40,124 nt of DNA. It comes from a virus. How positions within the stretch are numbered: the stretch's first letter is position 1; the number at the start of each line of letters is the position of its first letter. Positions 18,671-27,475 of this stretch are shown here, one piece after another. Made by a program: the position numbers and the translations under genes. A model generated the notes under the pieces. It did not search any database and was not told the origin of the DNA. It worked only from the letters and a program-made list of their open reading frames with translations. The stretch lies in the UHGV virus genome UHGV-2156197. One strand, written 5' to 3'.

Positions 18671-20406
18671 CAGAAACCTACCATGATGGGATTATTGAAG
18701 AATCCGGAAAGATCCTGCTGGTCGTTGCCACCGTTAACCAGAACGCGGCTCATTGCTGTGAACAATGCCGCCGGGCCATCAATCTTGGCCTCTGGTGTGG
18801 ACTTGTTCGGGAAAATATTCTCGTTCCTGTCAGGTTTGACGGTTACGTTGGACATCATCCAGTTCATTACCGGGTGATCGCTGTGATGGAAGCGGCCACC
18901 ATATACCAGTGCTTCGACCTCTTTCATCGCCTCAGAGAAATTGCGAACCGTCTGCGGCACCTCCACCAGTGGCAACCCTTCTTCTGCCAGCGCAAGGCTG
19001 AACTGCGTAGCACTCCAGGGATCGAAGCCAATTTCTTTCAGATTCTCGCCAGCAACCCACACCTGCAGCTCTTCCTTAATCTGAGCATGGTCGATTACAT
19101 CCCCGTCGGTAAGGATCAGCTTGTCCAGCTCAGCCCACTTACGATAGAGCTCTGCCATCTGGCGTGAACATTTCTCAAGGCGTCCTTCCGGAAGCCAGAA
19201 TTTAAAATCCGCGTGAACGTGGCCACCTGGCGCGCGCCAGACTTTAGCGGCCGCACAGATATCAATTTTGTTTGAAAGGTCAACGCCCACCCAGGAGGGA
19301 TAGGTTTTAAGTTCGTGCTGCGGGGCGATAAACTCGCATTTCTCCCATTTCATCATGTCCATCCAGGCAGACTCTGCCGTAACCCAGATATTCATGTGCT
19401 TGGTGAAAAAGTTAATCCTGGCCGAAACCTGCTCTTTCGCTTTTTTTGCCAGACGCCGCAAGTCATCCCAGCGCTTACAGATACCCAGCCCCGGATTGGC
19501 CTTCTGCCAGACTTTTTCATCAAATGGATCGTCACCTTCATCTAAGGTGTAGATGATGGCAAAAAACGTATCGTCTTTAACCAGGCCGCGCAGGACCTTG
19601 ATGGCGTAATCACGCAATTCGTAACAGATACCTTCTTTGTTGAAACCAGCGGTGGTGATACCGAAAAGCAGAGATTGCAGGCGCGCGCCGGTGGCCGTCT
19701 CCAGAACGTCCCAGACGTCACGCGTTTTATGAGCATGCAGCTCGTCAACGATGGCGCAGTGGATGTTCAGGCCGTCGAGGTTGTTTGCATCTGATGATAA
19801 TGGCTCGAATTTGGAGGCCGTTTGCTCCTGGTAGATAGCGAGCTTGTTGAATTCGAAGATCCGCCCAAGAGTGGCTTTCGCCTTCTTGACCATATTTTTC
19901 GCGTCTTCAAAAACAATTCTCGCCTGGTCACGGGTTGTAGCAGCGGAATAAACCTCCGCCCCTCCCTCGCCGTCGGCACCAGCCATATACAGCCCTACGC
20001 CGGAGCAAAGCGTTGATTTGGCATTTTTACGGGCCACCTCAACATCTGCTGTACGGAAACGCCGAACCATCACCGGTCGACCGCTGCCGTCGTTACGCAG
20101 GACGTTTTCCCCCGTATCTTCGTTAACCAGCGGGATAACAAAACCAAAAATATTAATCAGGATGAAAACATGCCAGTCCATCAGCTCAATAGGCTGGCCT
20201 GCCAGCGCGCCTTTGACGTGAGGGACAAAATTATAGAAATTCAGAATGTGCTGCGCGCGCGGCTCACTGAAGAAAATACCGCGCTCTTCGCCGTGGGCCA
20301 GATCGTCAAGAAAACGCTGACAGGCAAGGCGCACATACTCACAGGCAATAATTTCCCCCGCCACCACCCTCTCGGCGTAGCGGATGCCTTCTGCAACCTT
20401 AGCCAT
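18670..20406 (-). CDS. terminase large subunit
   Basis: 578 aa; size, position and terminase_1-type pattern; ATG overlaps the small-subunit stop. Confidence 0.9.
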   Translation of the reverse strand: MAKVAEGIRYAERVVAGEIIACEYVRLACQRFLDDLAHGEERGIFFSEPRAQHILNFYNFVPHVKGALAGQPIELMDWHVFILINIFGFVIPLVNEDTGENVLRNDGSGRPVMVRRFRTADVEVARKNAKSTLCSGVGLYMAGADGEGGAEVYSAATTRDQARIVFEDAKNMVKKAKATLGRIFEFNKLAIYQEQTASKFEPLSSDANNLDGLNIHCAIVDELHAHKTRDVWDVLETATGARLQSLLFGITTAGFNKEGICYELRDYAIKVLRGLVKDDTFFAIIYTLDEGDDPFDEKVWQKANPGLGICKRWDDLRRLAKKAKEQVSARINFFTKHMNIWVTAESAWMDMMKWEKCEFIAPQHELKTYPSWVGVDLSNKIDICAAAKVWRAPGGHVHADFKFWLPEGRLEKCSRQMAELYRKWAELDKLILTDGDVIDHAQIKEELQVWVAGENLKEIGFDPWSATQFSLALAEEGLPLVEVPQTVRNFSEAMKEVEALVYGGRFHHSDHPVMNWMMSNVTVKPDRNENIFPNKSTPEAKIDGPAALFTAMSRVLVNGGNDQQDLSGFFNNPIMVGF

Positions 20407-20903
20407 TAATCCCTCGCTTTCATAAACTCGGTCAGCGGGTCAACCGCATCAGGACCTTTTGCATTCACTTTAGAGCGGCTGGCTGGCGTCATACCGAACT
20501 CTCCGAGCATGGCGCGAAGACGTTTCCAGGCATCAGCTTTCATGATGGCCGCCGGGTGAGCCTTGATCATGCGAATCTCTCGCTCTTTGCCTTCGTCTGG
20601 TTCTTCGTCGCTATATACGGCGTAGGTATAGCCTTCTCTCTCCAGAGTATCGCAGTGATGCCGGTACTCGGTGTAAACCTCAACCAAAATCTCAAGCGCT
20701 CTCGCGTCCAGCTGCGACATGACGCCAAGCGCATCGAGCTCTTCAGCCATACGCTTGAACCAGTATTTTCCCTGCTTGTCGAAATGCTTCGGCGTTGGGG
20801 GTACCCCTGCAGCTGGCTTTGGTTCGTTTTCATTAATCGGGCGTTTTGATGGGTTACCCCTCACCAAACGTAGATGGGTCGGGGTTTTCGGTGGTCCAGA
20901 CAT
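20406..20903 (-). CDS. terminase small subunit (P27 family)
   Basis: 165 aa; P27-family-like sequence; TAGGAG SD upstream. Confidence 0.8.
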   Translation of the reverse strand: MSGPPKTPTHLRLVRGNPSKRPINENEPKPAAGVPPTPKHFDKQGKYWFKRMAEELDALGVMSQLDARALEILVEVYTEYRHHCDTLEREGYTYAVYSDEEPDEGKEREIRMIKAHPAAIMKADAWKRLRAMLGEFGMTPASRSKVNAKGPDAVDPLTEFMKARD

Positions 20904-21060
20904 AATCGAAAACTCCTATTAATCATCGAGTGGGGGACCCCATAAAAAAGTTTTCTAACCTGCGGCGATGTGAAAAGAGGTTAGGCGGCGGTCCTTTGGC
21001 GCGTCGTTCCTGAACTTTCAACCCGCCCTCCCCCTCGGTCGATTCAAATGAGAATTGATG
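20904..21060. other. probable cos / packaging-recognition region
   Basis: Intergenic HNH-to-terminase position as in HK97-like phages; palindrome TGGGGGACCCCA at 20931-20942 and G/C-rich GAGGGGGAGGGCGGG block. Confidence 0.3.
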
Positions 21061-21411
21061 TCATTTGAGTCTTTCAACTGCTGTCTTCGCCCTGTGGCAA
21101 GGCTTGCAGAGGCTTTCGAGGTTGGAAAGGTCATCGGTCCCCCCATTTGCTTTGGCGGTGATGTGGTCCACCGTCTCAGCGGGTGTATACCTTCCATTTC
21201 GCAGGCATTCCTGACAAAGGTGTTTATCCCTGTCGAGAACGATTGGCCGCAGCCTGTCCCACTTGCTGCCATAACCTCGCTGATGCCTGCTCTGTCCTCG
21301 CTGATGCTGCTGCCAGCCTTCGTTAAGGTGCTTGGGACAATAGCCTGAGCGTTCAGTGGTTGTGCCAGAGCAGCCACGCTTGCGGCATGCTCTCGGTATT
21401 AACGCAGGCAT
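21061..21411 (-). CDS. HNH endonuclease (packaging-associated)
   Basis: Cys-rich HNH motifs (CPKH..., HITAKANGG, CKPCH); track start 21426 is GTG; ATG 21411 overlaps the upstream stop (TGATG). Confidence 0.8.
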   Translation of the reverse strand: MPALIPRACRKRGCSGTTTERSGYCPKHLNEGWQQHQRGQSRHQRGYGSKWDRLRPIVLDRDKHLCQECLRNGRYTPAETVDHITAKANGGTDDLSNLESLCKPCHRAKTAVERLK

Positions 21412-22001
21412 CAGGCTAACCTCCACGCCCGGCGGCGTTCTGTTCGTGGTGCTGAGTCAGGGTGACGCTCAACCGGTTCGCCGTCTGCGTGGTCCACCAG
21501 CGACCAACAGGGATAGACGACAACGCCACCATAAGCATCGCCCACGGCATAATCGGCAGGCTTACTGCCGTCCCATTGAGACAGCACACGGCTGATGCTT
21601 TGAGGCGGTATGCTGTAGCACACGCCATGTATCAGGCGTTGCAGCATAATGAAGTCAGACCTCACCTTATCCGCATTAATCAGGCGTTCAGCTATCTGCA
21701 TTTGGTATTGCGGTGGCCGCCCGGTGCCCAGATAAAAACTAAGCATGTCGCCAGGGAAACGAGCCAGCCAGCCCGTAAGCTTGTCTCTGAATCCACGTAC
21801 AGGCAGCGCGTCGTCTTCCAGTACCACCACCCGGCAAGGCTGCTCAGCAGCCCATTCGATAGCGCGCCGGTGATTCCAGTTAGCCCCGTGATTCCCTTCA
21901 TCGATAAGAAGGTGCGCGCCAAGTTCACCAGCCAGCAATGCAGCTGAGGCGTAACGGGAATGATGGCCAACCACAACAAACTTCACTTGTGTTTCCACCA
22001 T
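21411..22001 (-). CDS. putative GT-A-type glycosyltransferase (possibly GT25-like)
   Basis: 196 aa; GELGA...VVVLEDDALP block resembles the GE-GC...EDD motif of GT25-type transferases; weak, from memory. Confidence 0.35.
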   Translation of the reverse strand: MVETQVKFVVVGHHSRYASAALLAGELGAHLLIDEGNHGANWNHRRAIEWAAEQPCRVVVLEDDALPVRGFRDKLTGWLARFPGDMLSFYLGTGRPPQYQMQIAERLINADKVRSDFIMLQRLIHGVCYSIPPQSISRVLSQWDGSKPADYAVGDAYGGVVVYPCWSLVDHADGEPVERHPDSAPRTERRRAWRLA

Positions 22002-23440
22002 GCTGCCTCCTTACCGATACCATCAGTTTTGAAAACGGTATGTACCAGAGGGCCGGTGACCAACCTGTCAGCGAATGACTGCGCAACGATACCGAACGCC
22101 AGCATGTCACCCACCGCTGCGCCAGCCTGTTCTTTCTTCCAGAAACGATAACTCTCGATCCGGTAGTAAAGACGGATGATGCCATGAGCGAACGCCATCA
22201 CATCAGCGCGGGTGCCTCCCAGAAGACCAGCATTAAGCATCACATCGCCGCGGTGCGCTTCAATGAATTCCTGATAGATACGCTCAGGATGATTCTGTTT
22301 CGCCCAGGTGTCGGCGTAGATCTTCGGTTCAGAACCGACGTAAACATTCCCGGGCTGCATTTCTTCCCACGGTGCGCGGAGCATTTCGACATCGGTACCA
22401 TCGGTACACCAGACGAACCGGTATTCAGGGTGATCGCGCAGGTGCTGCCAGATATGCAGCCAGCGCCGGAAGTAGACATTCATCTTCACGTCAGGGACGC
22501 GATACAACTCAACGTCTGCCGATGCCGTCTGCAGCTCATCCACCAGCGCAATACGGCCACAATTCCGAAGCGAGGCAGCCCACCTGGTCAGCATGTCTGA
22601 TACGGCCGCCATTTTCGTACCGCGCTGCGGGTCTGGCTGGCTGGTAAGCAACGTTGTGATTACCACGTCGCGCTGAGATCGATATTCGGCATAGCCTGTA
22701 TATCCTGAATCCCGGCGCTGCCCGTAAATTACAGCGTTCTTTTTATAGAGCGCTTCACGTTCAGGCCTCGGTATGCTGCGCGCGCCCTCTTCGTATTCAT
22801 CCATTGAGTGAATCAGCTTTTCAGAGCCAACCACATCAGCAAACGCCCAGGACGTTAAGCCAGCGTTATAAATCCGAAGCGCCAAATCAGGATGCTCATA
22901 CATGCCTCGACCGTATACCGGATCGAATCCGCCAACCTTCTCAATGGCGCTGCGGTGGTAGTACAGCATCACACCGCGCTGCCCGGTGTAAGCGATATGC
23001 TTATCATCCTGGTGCAGGACGGTCATATCGTTTATCTTTCGTGGACCAGCCAGATCGAGAAACTGGTAAGCCAGGTGTGACTCAGGTGATTCGATGTAAG
23101 GCAGGTGCCAGTTATCGGCAACCGGCCATGCGTCATCATCCCACAGGAAGAGATGCTCACATCCGGCGTCCACCAGCGCTTCGAGGCTTCGGTTTTTCGA
23201 GGCCACAATGCCGAGGGATGTTTCATTGCGAAGCAGCTGCACGCCGTCGGGAACGACTGCGGCAGGTTTTGAACCATCATCTATGACAACCACGAGCGCG
23301 CCGGACGGTAAAAATTGATGATGCTGCGCCAGTGTCCGCTTCAATACGTCAGGGCGATTATGCGTTGTGATTGCTATTCCTATGCGTGACACCGAATTGC
23401 AGACAGGCGCGTATGGAACACCATCGATAGTGACCTGCAT
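21983..23440 (-). CDS. two-domain protein with N-terminal GT2-family glycosyltransferase domain
   Basis: 485 aa; IGIAITTHNRP...VVVIDDGS and DDD (FLWDDDAWP) motifs of GT-A/GT2 enzymes; C-terminal about 250 aa of unknown function; overlaps the next gene by 19 bp. Confidence 0.6.
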   Translation of the reverse strand: MQVTIDGVPYAPVCNSVSRIGIAITTHNRPDVLKRTLAQHHQFLPSGALVVVIDDGSKPAAVVPDGVQLLRNETSLGIVASKNRSLEALVDAGCEHLFLWDDDAWPVADNWHLPYIESPESHLAYQFLDLAGPRKINDMTVLHQDDKHIAYTGQRGVMLYYHRSAIEKVGGFDPVYGRGMYEHPDLALRIYNAGLTSWAFADVVGSEKLIHSMDEYEEGARSIPRPEREALYKKNAVIYGQRRDSGYTGYAEYRSQRDVVITTLLTSQPDPQRGTKMAAVSDMLTRWAASLRNCGRIALVDELQTASADVELYRVPDVKMNVYFRRWLHIWQHLRDHPEYRFVWCTDGTDVEMLRAPWEEMQPGNVYVGSEPKIYADTWAKQNHPERIYQEFIEAHRGDVMLNAGLLGGTRADVMAFAHGIIRLYYRIESYRFWKKEQAGAAVGDMLAFGIVAQSFADRLVTGPLVHTVFKTDGIGKEAAWWKHK

Positions 23441-23503
23441 AATTTCTCCAAAATAAAATGGTTCAGGACTCCTATCTGGACATCACTTTTGCTGACACCA
23501 AAA

Positions 23504-23512
23504 TGATATAAT
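23504..23512 (+). promoter_or_regulatory. extended -10 promoter TGATATAAT for the plus-strand moron
   Basis: Perfect TGnTATAAT; AGAGG SD at 23537-23541 before ATG 23549. Confidence 0.5.
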
Positions 23513-23548
23513 CGCAGCTCATTTACACAACCCTTTAGAGGTAATTTC

Positions 23549-23806
23549 ATGACAGATCTGCAGAAACGCATTGATGAACTCGAAAAAACTATTGAAGAGC
23601 TACTTTTAGATCAGCATGCAGCAAGAATTGCTATTACCACGATATCCACAGCTTGGAACTCCCTTGCCAAACAGCCTGGTATGCTTGGCGATAGCTACGA
23701 TAAAGCTTTTAAATCAGCGCCGCCTGTGGAGTTTGAAAACCCAGTAAATGAAGGTTATGCAGAAGAGTTACATAAAAGAGTTGTAGCCCTACTTTCTAAA
23801 TCTTAA
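23549..23806 (+). CDS. hypothetical small protein with coiled-coil N-terminus (opposite-strand moron)
   Basis: 85 aa; only plus-strand gene inside the minus-strand late region; AT-rich; own promoter and SD. Confidence 0.55.
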   Translation: MTDLQKRIDELEKTIEELLLDQHAARIAITTISTAWNSLAKQPGMLGDSYDKAFKSAPPVEFENPVNEGYAEELHKRVVALLSKS

Positions 23807-23842
23807 TCGAATCGTTTGGGCTACCTTTAAGTGGCCCTATTT

Positions 23843-24367
23843 CTAATGTCTCCCTTCCTCAATATCCCTAATCCCTGCCAGTTGGTTGTTACCCTTCTCT
23901 ATCTCTGCAAGTAATGATTGAATCCAGAGAACGGCCTGACAATAGGTTATTGAGCTGGCGGCAGCGGTACTATCATCGGCTGCGTCAGTGTCCCCGGTAT
24001 CGGGGTGCATTGCGCTGGCACGTAAACGGTTCGCGTAGTTGAGCAGCCCACCAGCGACATTAGCAGGAACAGGCAGATCACAGGTTTTTTCACGGCGAAG
24101 AATCTCCCGGTATTCGATAACGGTCTTTTCGGTTCCGGCATCAATCAGCGAGTTCAGGCGACTGGCGTTCTCCGCTACCTGGTTAAACCGGTTGAAGTTG
24201 AACGCCTGGGTAGTTATCACCGTTGCCTGCAGTGCGTTATCGTTGCGCAGTATCCGGTTGTCACTCTCTGACGTGGTCAACGCTGCATTGCTGCGCGCCA
24301 GTAGTACACAGAGCACCGCGATGAAGATGATTGCTGCCATCCCAACAATAACGAGGCTTCTGTTCAC
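23843..24367 (-). CDS. Rz: Rz-type i-spanin
   Basis: N-terminal TMD (SLVIVGMAAIIFIAVLCVLL) then coiled periplasmic domain; GTG 24367 overlaps the endolysin stop (GTGA) with GGGGGA SD; track start 24484 is an upstream GTG. Confidence 0.7.
   Translation of the reverse strand: MNRSLVIVGMAAIIFIAVLCVLLARSNAALTTSESDNRILRNDNALQATVITTQAFNFNRFNQVAENASRLNSLIDAGTEKTVIEYREILRREKTCDLPVPANVAGGLLNYANRLRASAMHPDTGDTDAADDSTAAASSITYCQAVLWIQSLLAEIEKGNNQLAGIRDIEEGRH
23947..24141 (-). CDS. Rz1: Rz1-type o-spanin lipoprotein embedded in Rz in the +1 frame
   Basis: Lipobox LVGC-S, proline-rich mature part; entirely inside Rz; ATG 24141 (track start 24144 is TTG). Confidence 0.65.
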   Translation of the reverse strand: MPEPKRPLSNTGRFFAVKKPVICLFLLMSLVGCSTTRTVYVPAQCTPIPGTLTQPMIVPLPPAQ

Positions 24368-24912
24368 TGGTCTATCCCCCAGCAAGCCAGCGCGCTTTCC
24401 TGGTCTCGCCTTTCTACCTGCCCATAACAACCATTCTTCTGCCCTTTGGTCAGGCGACAATCGCGGCCACCGTCTTTTATCCACCAGCGGATCGCTTCAC
24501 AGGCTCCTTTACGGTCGCCAGCATTAATTCGCTTATAGAACGTAGACGGGAAACATTTTCCGGGGCCGATGTTATATGGGCAGAAAGAAGCGATACCCGC
24601 TTTCTGTGGTTCCGTCAGTGGTACTTTGATATTTCGGTCAACCCACGCCAGCGCTTTATCGCGTTCAATAGCATTTACCTGAGCGCATTTCTCAGCAGGC
24701 AGCTTCATGCCCTGAACTACTGGCTTACCATCAACCATCGTTGCGCCACGACAAATGGTCCATATACCAGAGCCGTCCTTGTACGCTGTTGTGCTGTTAC
24801 CCTCTTTCTCATCCAGAAACTGATCGAGAATTACGGGTGCGGAAGCCCCGGCAAGAATTAACCCAACGACAGCTGCGCTCAGTTTATTCTTCAGCTTTTG
24901 TGGCATAGCCAT
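24364..24912 (-). CDS. SAR endolysin (GH24 lysozyme, P21 R-like)
   Basis: 182 aa; N-terminal Gly/Ala-rich SAR helix (LSAAVVGLILAGASAPVIL) then lysozyme domain; C-terminus CLWGQQ-like (ACWGIDQ) as recalled for P21 R. Confidence 0.85.
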   Translation of the reverse strand: MAMPQKLKNKLSAAVVGLILAGASAPVILDQFLDEKEGNSTTAYKDGSGIWTICRGATMVDGKPVVQGMKLPAEKCAQVNAIERDKALAWVDRNIKVPLTEPQKAGIASFCPYNIGPGKCFPSTFYKRINAGDRKGACEAIRWWIKDGGRDCRLTKGQKNGCYGQVERRDQESALACWGIDQ

Positions 24913-25162
24913 TGCGACGATCCTCCCGTTCTTTCCAGCGGAAATACCAGTTCACTGCACAGGTAATAACGGTGCATGCGATACCGACAATAATTGCCCA
25001 GTCGCTCAGGCTTAACCCTGCAATTCTGTCGGCCAACATCCAGGACACCTCTTTTGCTGTTTTAGCTGTTTCGGCGTATGCCTTCGCTGATACACCGCAG
25101 CCGGTCAGCGTGGTTCCTGTTCCATATGAAAGTCTGCTGTAAATGGTGCTCATTCTGGTCAT
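24884..25162 (-). CDS. pinholin (class II holin, S21-like) with dual-start motif
   Basis: 92 aa; MTRM dual ATG (25162 and 25153); weak TMD1, strong TMD2, C-terminal YFRWKEREDRRN like S21 YFKIREDRRK. Confidence 0.7.
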   Translation of the reverse strand: MTRMSTIYSRLSYGTGTTLTGCGVSAKAYAETAKTAKEVSWMLADRIAGLSLSDWAIIVGIACTVITCAVNWYFRWKEREDRRNGYATKAEE

Positions 25163-25327
25163 AGCCTCACCTCCGATAGTTCGGATGGCGCTGTGTGATG
25201 AAAGGAGGATCAGGCTTCTGGGCTCTTATGCAAAGGTGAAAGTAAGGGTGATTCCCAGAGCCTGAAATAGAAAAGGCCGCCAAATGGCAGCCTATAGATT
25301 ATGTCCCGCGTTTTACTAGAGAGTGAA

Positions 25328-25567
25328 TTAAGCCTCTAGTTCATTTAAATAGCGATCACCCTTTGACGTGATTTCAATCGCTATCCACCCACCTTCATCA
25401 GACTTACTTTGAACAGCATTTACCAATCCCAAATCAGCAAGATCTGAAATGGCAAAATCTACCGTTTTCGCTGGAATGTGAGGAAGATCAGAAGATTGAA
25501 TTGTTTCACGTGGACCAAGTGCATCTGCTCGACGCAGAATTTCGAAATGTACAGATGTGATTTTCAT
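25328..25567 (-). CDS. hypothetical small protein (moron between late terminator and holin)
   Basis: 79 aa; AT-rich; GGAGG SD 7 nt upstream. Confidence 0.5.
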   Translation of the reverse strand: MKITSVHFEILRRADALGPRETIQSSDLPHIPAKTVDFAISDLADLGLVNAVQSKSDEGGWIAIEITSKGDRYLNELEA

Positions 25568-25602
25568 AGCACTGCCTCCGGTGGCTTGTTTTGACCAGCG
25601 GA

Positions 25603-25611
25603 ATTATAACA
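25603..25611 (-). promoter_or_regulatory. extended -10 promoter TGTTATAAT for the 25328-25567 moron
   Basis: Minus-strand TGnTATAAT (plus ATTATAACA) about 36 nt upstream of the ATG. Confidence 0.4.
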
Positions 25612-25645
25612 TATTGATTTTGACGTAGATTGAGTGCCAAAAGAG

Positions 25646-25676
25646 GTTAAAGAAAAACCCGCTCACAGGCGGGTTT
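25646..25676 (-). terminator. rho-independent terminator, tR'-like (downstream of Q-like gene)
   Basis: AAACCCGC-TCACAG-GCGGGTTT with T-rich run on the minus strand, about 95 nt after the Q-like stop. Confidence 0.55.
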
Positions 25677-25768
25677 ATAGAACTTTGGCAACATATCAAA
25701 TATGCTTCAAATATGGCTTATTTTGTTGCATTTTGCAAGCGCGTTTGAAGGAGATAGTGAAATTTACT

Positions 25769-26458
25769 TCACATTTCTGCCACTTTGAGGGCGTCTTCTT
25801 CCTCATAGTATTCAAGAGCCATGGCCAGCGCAGATTCATCAAGCTGGGTAAAAGCGGCCTTTAACCCAGCCCAGTGCCCTGAATAGACACGCAACCATGT
25901 CGAACGGTCAACGCTAACCATGCGGGCCAACGCTGCACCAGCATAGTCTTTATAGGTTTCATTATTTCTGGTTGCGGCAATTTCCTGCCCTGCCAGCCAT
26001 ACCAGGCCAATCAGTTTCTTTACTACGCGCTCCTGAAGGGAATTATCACCCAGGCATTTCTGATAAGTTTTCCAGACGTATTCACACATCATCACCTGGT
26101 GCTTATAGCTAAGGTCAAAACCGTAACAGTACCGCAACCAGGCCTGCTGGTATCCACTAAGCGCGGACACTGCCCTACGCCACGGCGCTGACTCAAATTC
26201 CGCATCTTTTATCGGCGGCATTGGCCTACGGCGGCTGCGTGTTTCCAGCACATACAGTGGCGCGGAAAGCGAGTTAACAAAGCGTGGCCCCTTATCTCCT
26301 TCGAGTTCGACGAGATGAATTCCACGGCGCGGGGTGGCATTTTTATCTGCTGGTGGGTGTTCACTGAAAGCCTCAAGCTGCCCTTTTGTTCCCCCAGAGA
26401 GGTCAGGTAGCGCGCGGCGCAATTCTATTCTGACAAAATTCAGGTCTTGTTGATTCAT
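25769..26458 (-). CDS. putative late antiterminator Q
   Basis: Position immediately upstream of tR'-like terminator and lysis genes; family assignment from memory only; ATG 26458 chosen, alternative GTG at 26479. Confidence 0.4.
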   Translation of the reverse strand: MNQQDLNFVRIELRRALPDLSGGTKGQLEAFSEHPPADKNATPRRGIHLVELEGDKGPRFVNSLSAPLYVLETRSRRRPMPPIKDAEFESAPWRRAVSALSGYQQAWLRYCYGFDLSYKHQVMMCEYVWKTYQKCLGDNSLQERVVKKLIGLVWLAGQEIAATRNNETYKDYAGAALARMVSVDRSTWLRVYSGHWAGLKAAFTQLDESALAMALEYYEEEDALKVAEM

Positions 26459-26479
26459 GCTTCTTTGCGCTCCATACAC

Positions 26480-27475
26480 TTAAGCTTTCGCAATTACGCC
26501 GATCGCCAGCGCCCGATCCATAAAACGCAGTAGCAGCTCAAGCTGCGTACCATGCTTCTGCTCGAATGCCGGTACATCGGCGTGTAACTCGTCGTGGCAC
26601 TCTCTGCACAGAGGGATCACGAAGAGGTCATGGGCTTTTGTTGCTGTACCACCCATACCATGCCCTACGATATGGTGCGGATCATCTGCTGGCCGTCGGC
26701 AACACTCACAGGGTTGTGTTTTAACCCAGCGGGTGTACGTCTCATTTATCCAGCGGCGTCGCTTTGGCCTGAGCATGAAAGATTCTGGAGATTCCGGATC
26801 AACAGAGAGCGTGAGGATCTTCTTCGCCTTCTCCTGCACGAGGCTGGTTGCAGAAGCGGAAGGCACAATGTCGCTTTCCCTCATGACCGAGCGGATCTTC
26901 TCATCCGGAAGGCGTAGCCCCTTGTGCGCAACGCTTTCCGGCATAACATCAGCCAGGTCGTTTCTGACCATCCACCAGCACAGTTCCGGAAGCGTCAGGA
27001 TATGCGACTCGGGAAAACCAGAATCACGCAGAATGACTTCCAGAATCCAGGATACCAGGTTTCCTGCCGCTATACCTGCAAGCTGTTCGGTATGCTGCCC
27101 CGACAAAGTGTGATCGCAATGCCAGCACAGGCGAATACTTCCTGGTGGGTGCCGCATTGTTGTGAAGTTCTTGTCGTGCCACGTTGAATGTGGCCACTGG
27201 CATTCAAATCGATTACTCAACCATTGCTCAAGGGAAGGAAGCCCGCCGGCACGCTGAATAACCCGCTCATTCCCGAAGACCTGCCGCATTACCGGATCAT
27301 CAGCCAGCGGCTGAATGGCGGCGGGAACAGCTCCTGTACTGAATGACGCCATTTCTTCTGGTTCAGGCTCGAGCAGAACGCGACCGCGCATAAAGAGGTG
27401 CATCAGTTCCGCGCCGGGACGAAACAACACAATCCCCATGCGATGGGCGACTTCAGGAGTTAACAAAGCCCTCAC
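26480..27475 (-). CDS. DUF968-like nin-region protein with C-terminal HNH/zinc-finger-like motif
   Basis: 331 aa; C-terminal CECC...HHIVGHG...CRECHDELH; GTG start overlapping the upstream stop (GTGA) with AGGGGG SD. Confidence 0.55.
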   Translation of the reverse strand: MRALLTPEVAHRMGIVLFRPGAELMHLFMRGRVLLEPEPEEMASFSTGAVPAAIQPLADDPVMRQVFGNERVIQRAGGLPSLEQWLSNRFECQWPHSTWHDKNFTTMRHPPGSIRLCWHCDHTLSGQHTEQLAGIAAGNLVSWILEVILRDSGFPESHILTLPELCWWMVRNDLADVMPESVAHKGLRLPDEKIRSVMRESDIVPSASATSLVQEKAKKILTLSVDPESPESFMLRPKRRRWINETYTRWVKTQPCECCRRPADDPHHIVGHGMGGTATKAHDLFVIPLCRECHDELHADVPAFEQKHGTQLELLLRFMDRALAIGVIAKA

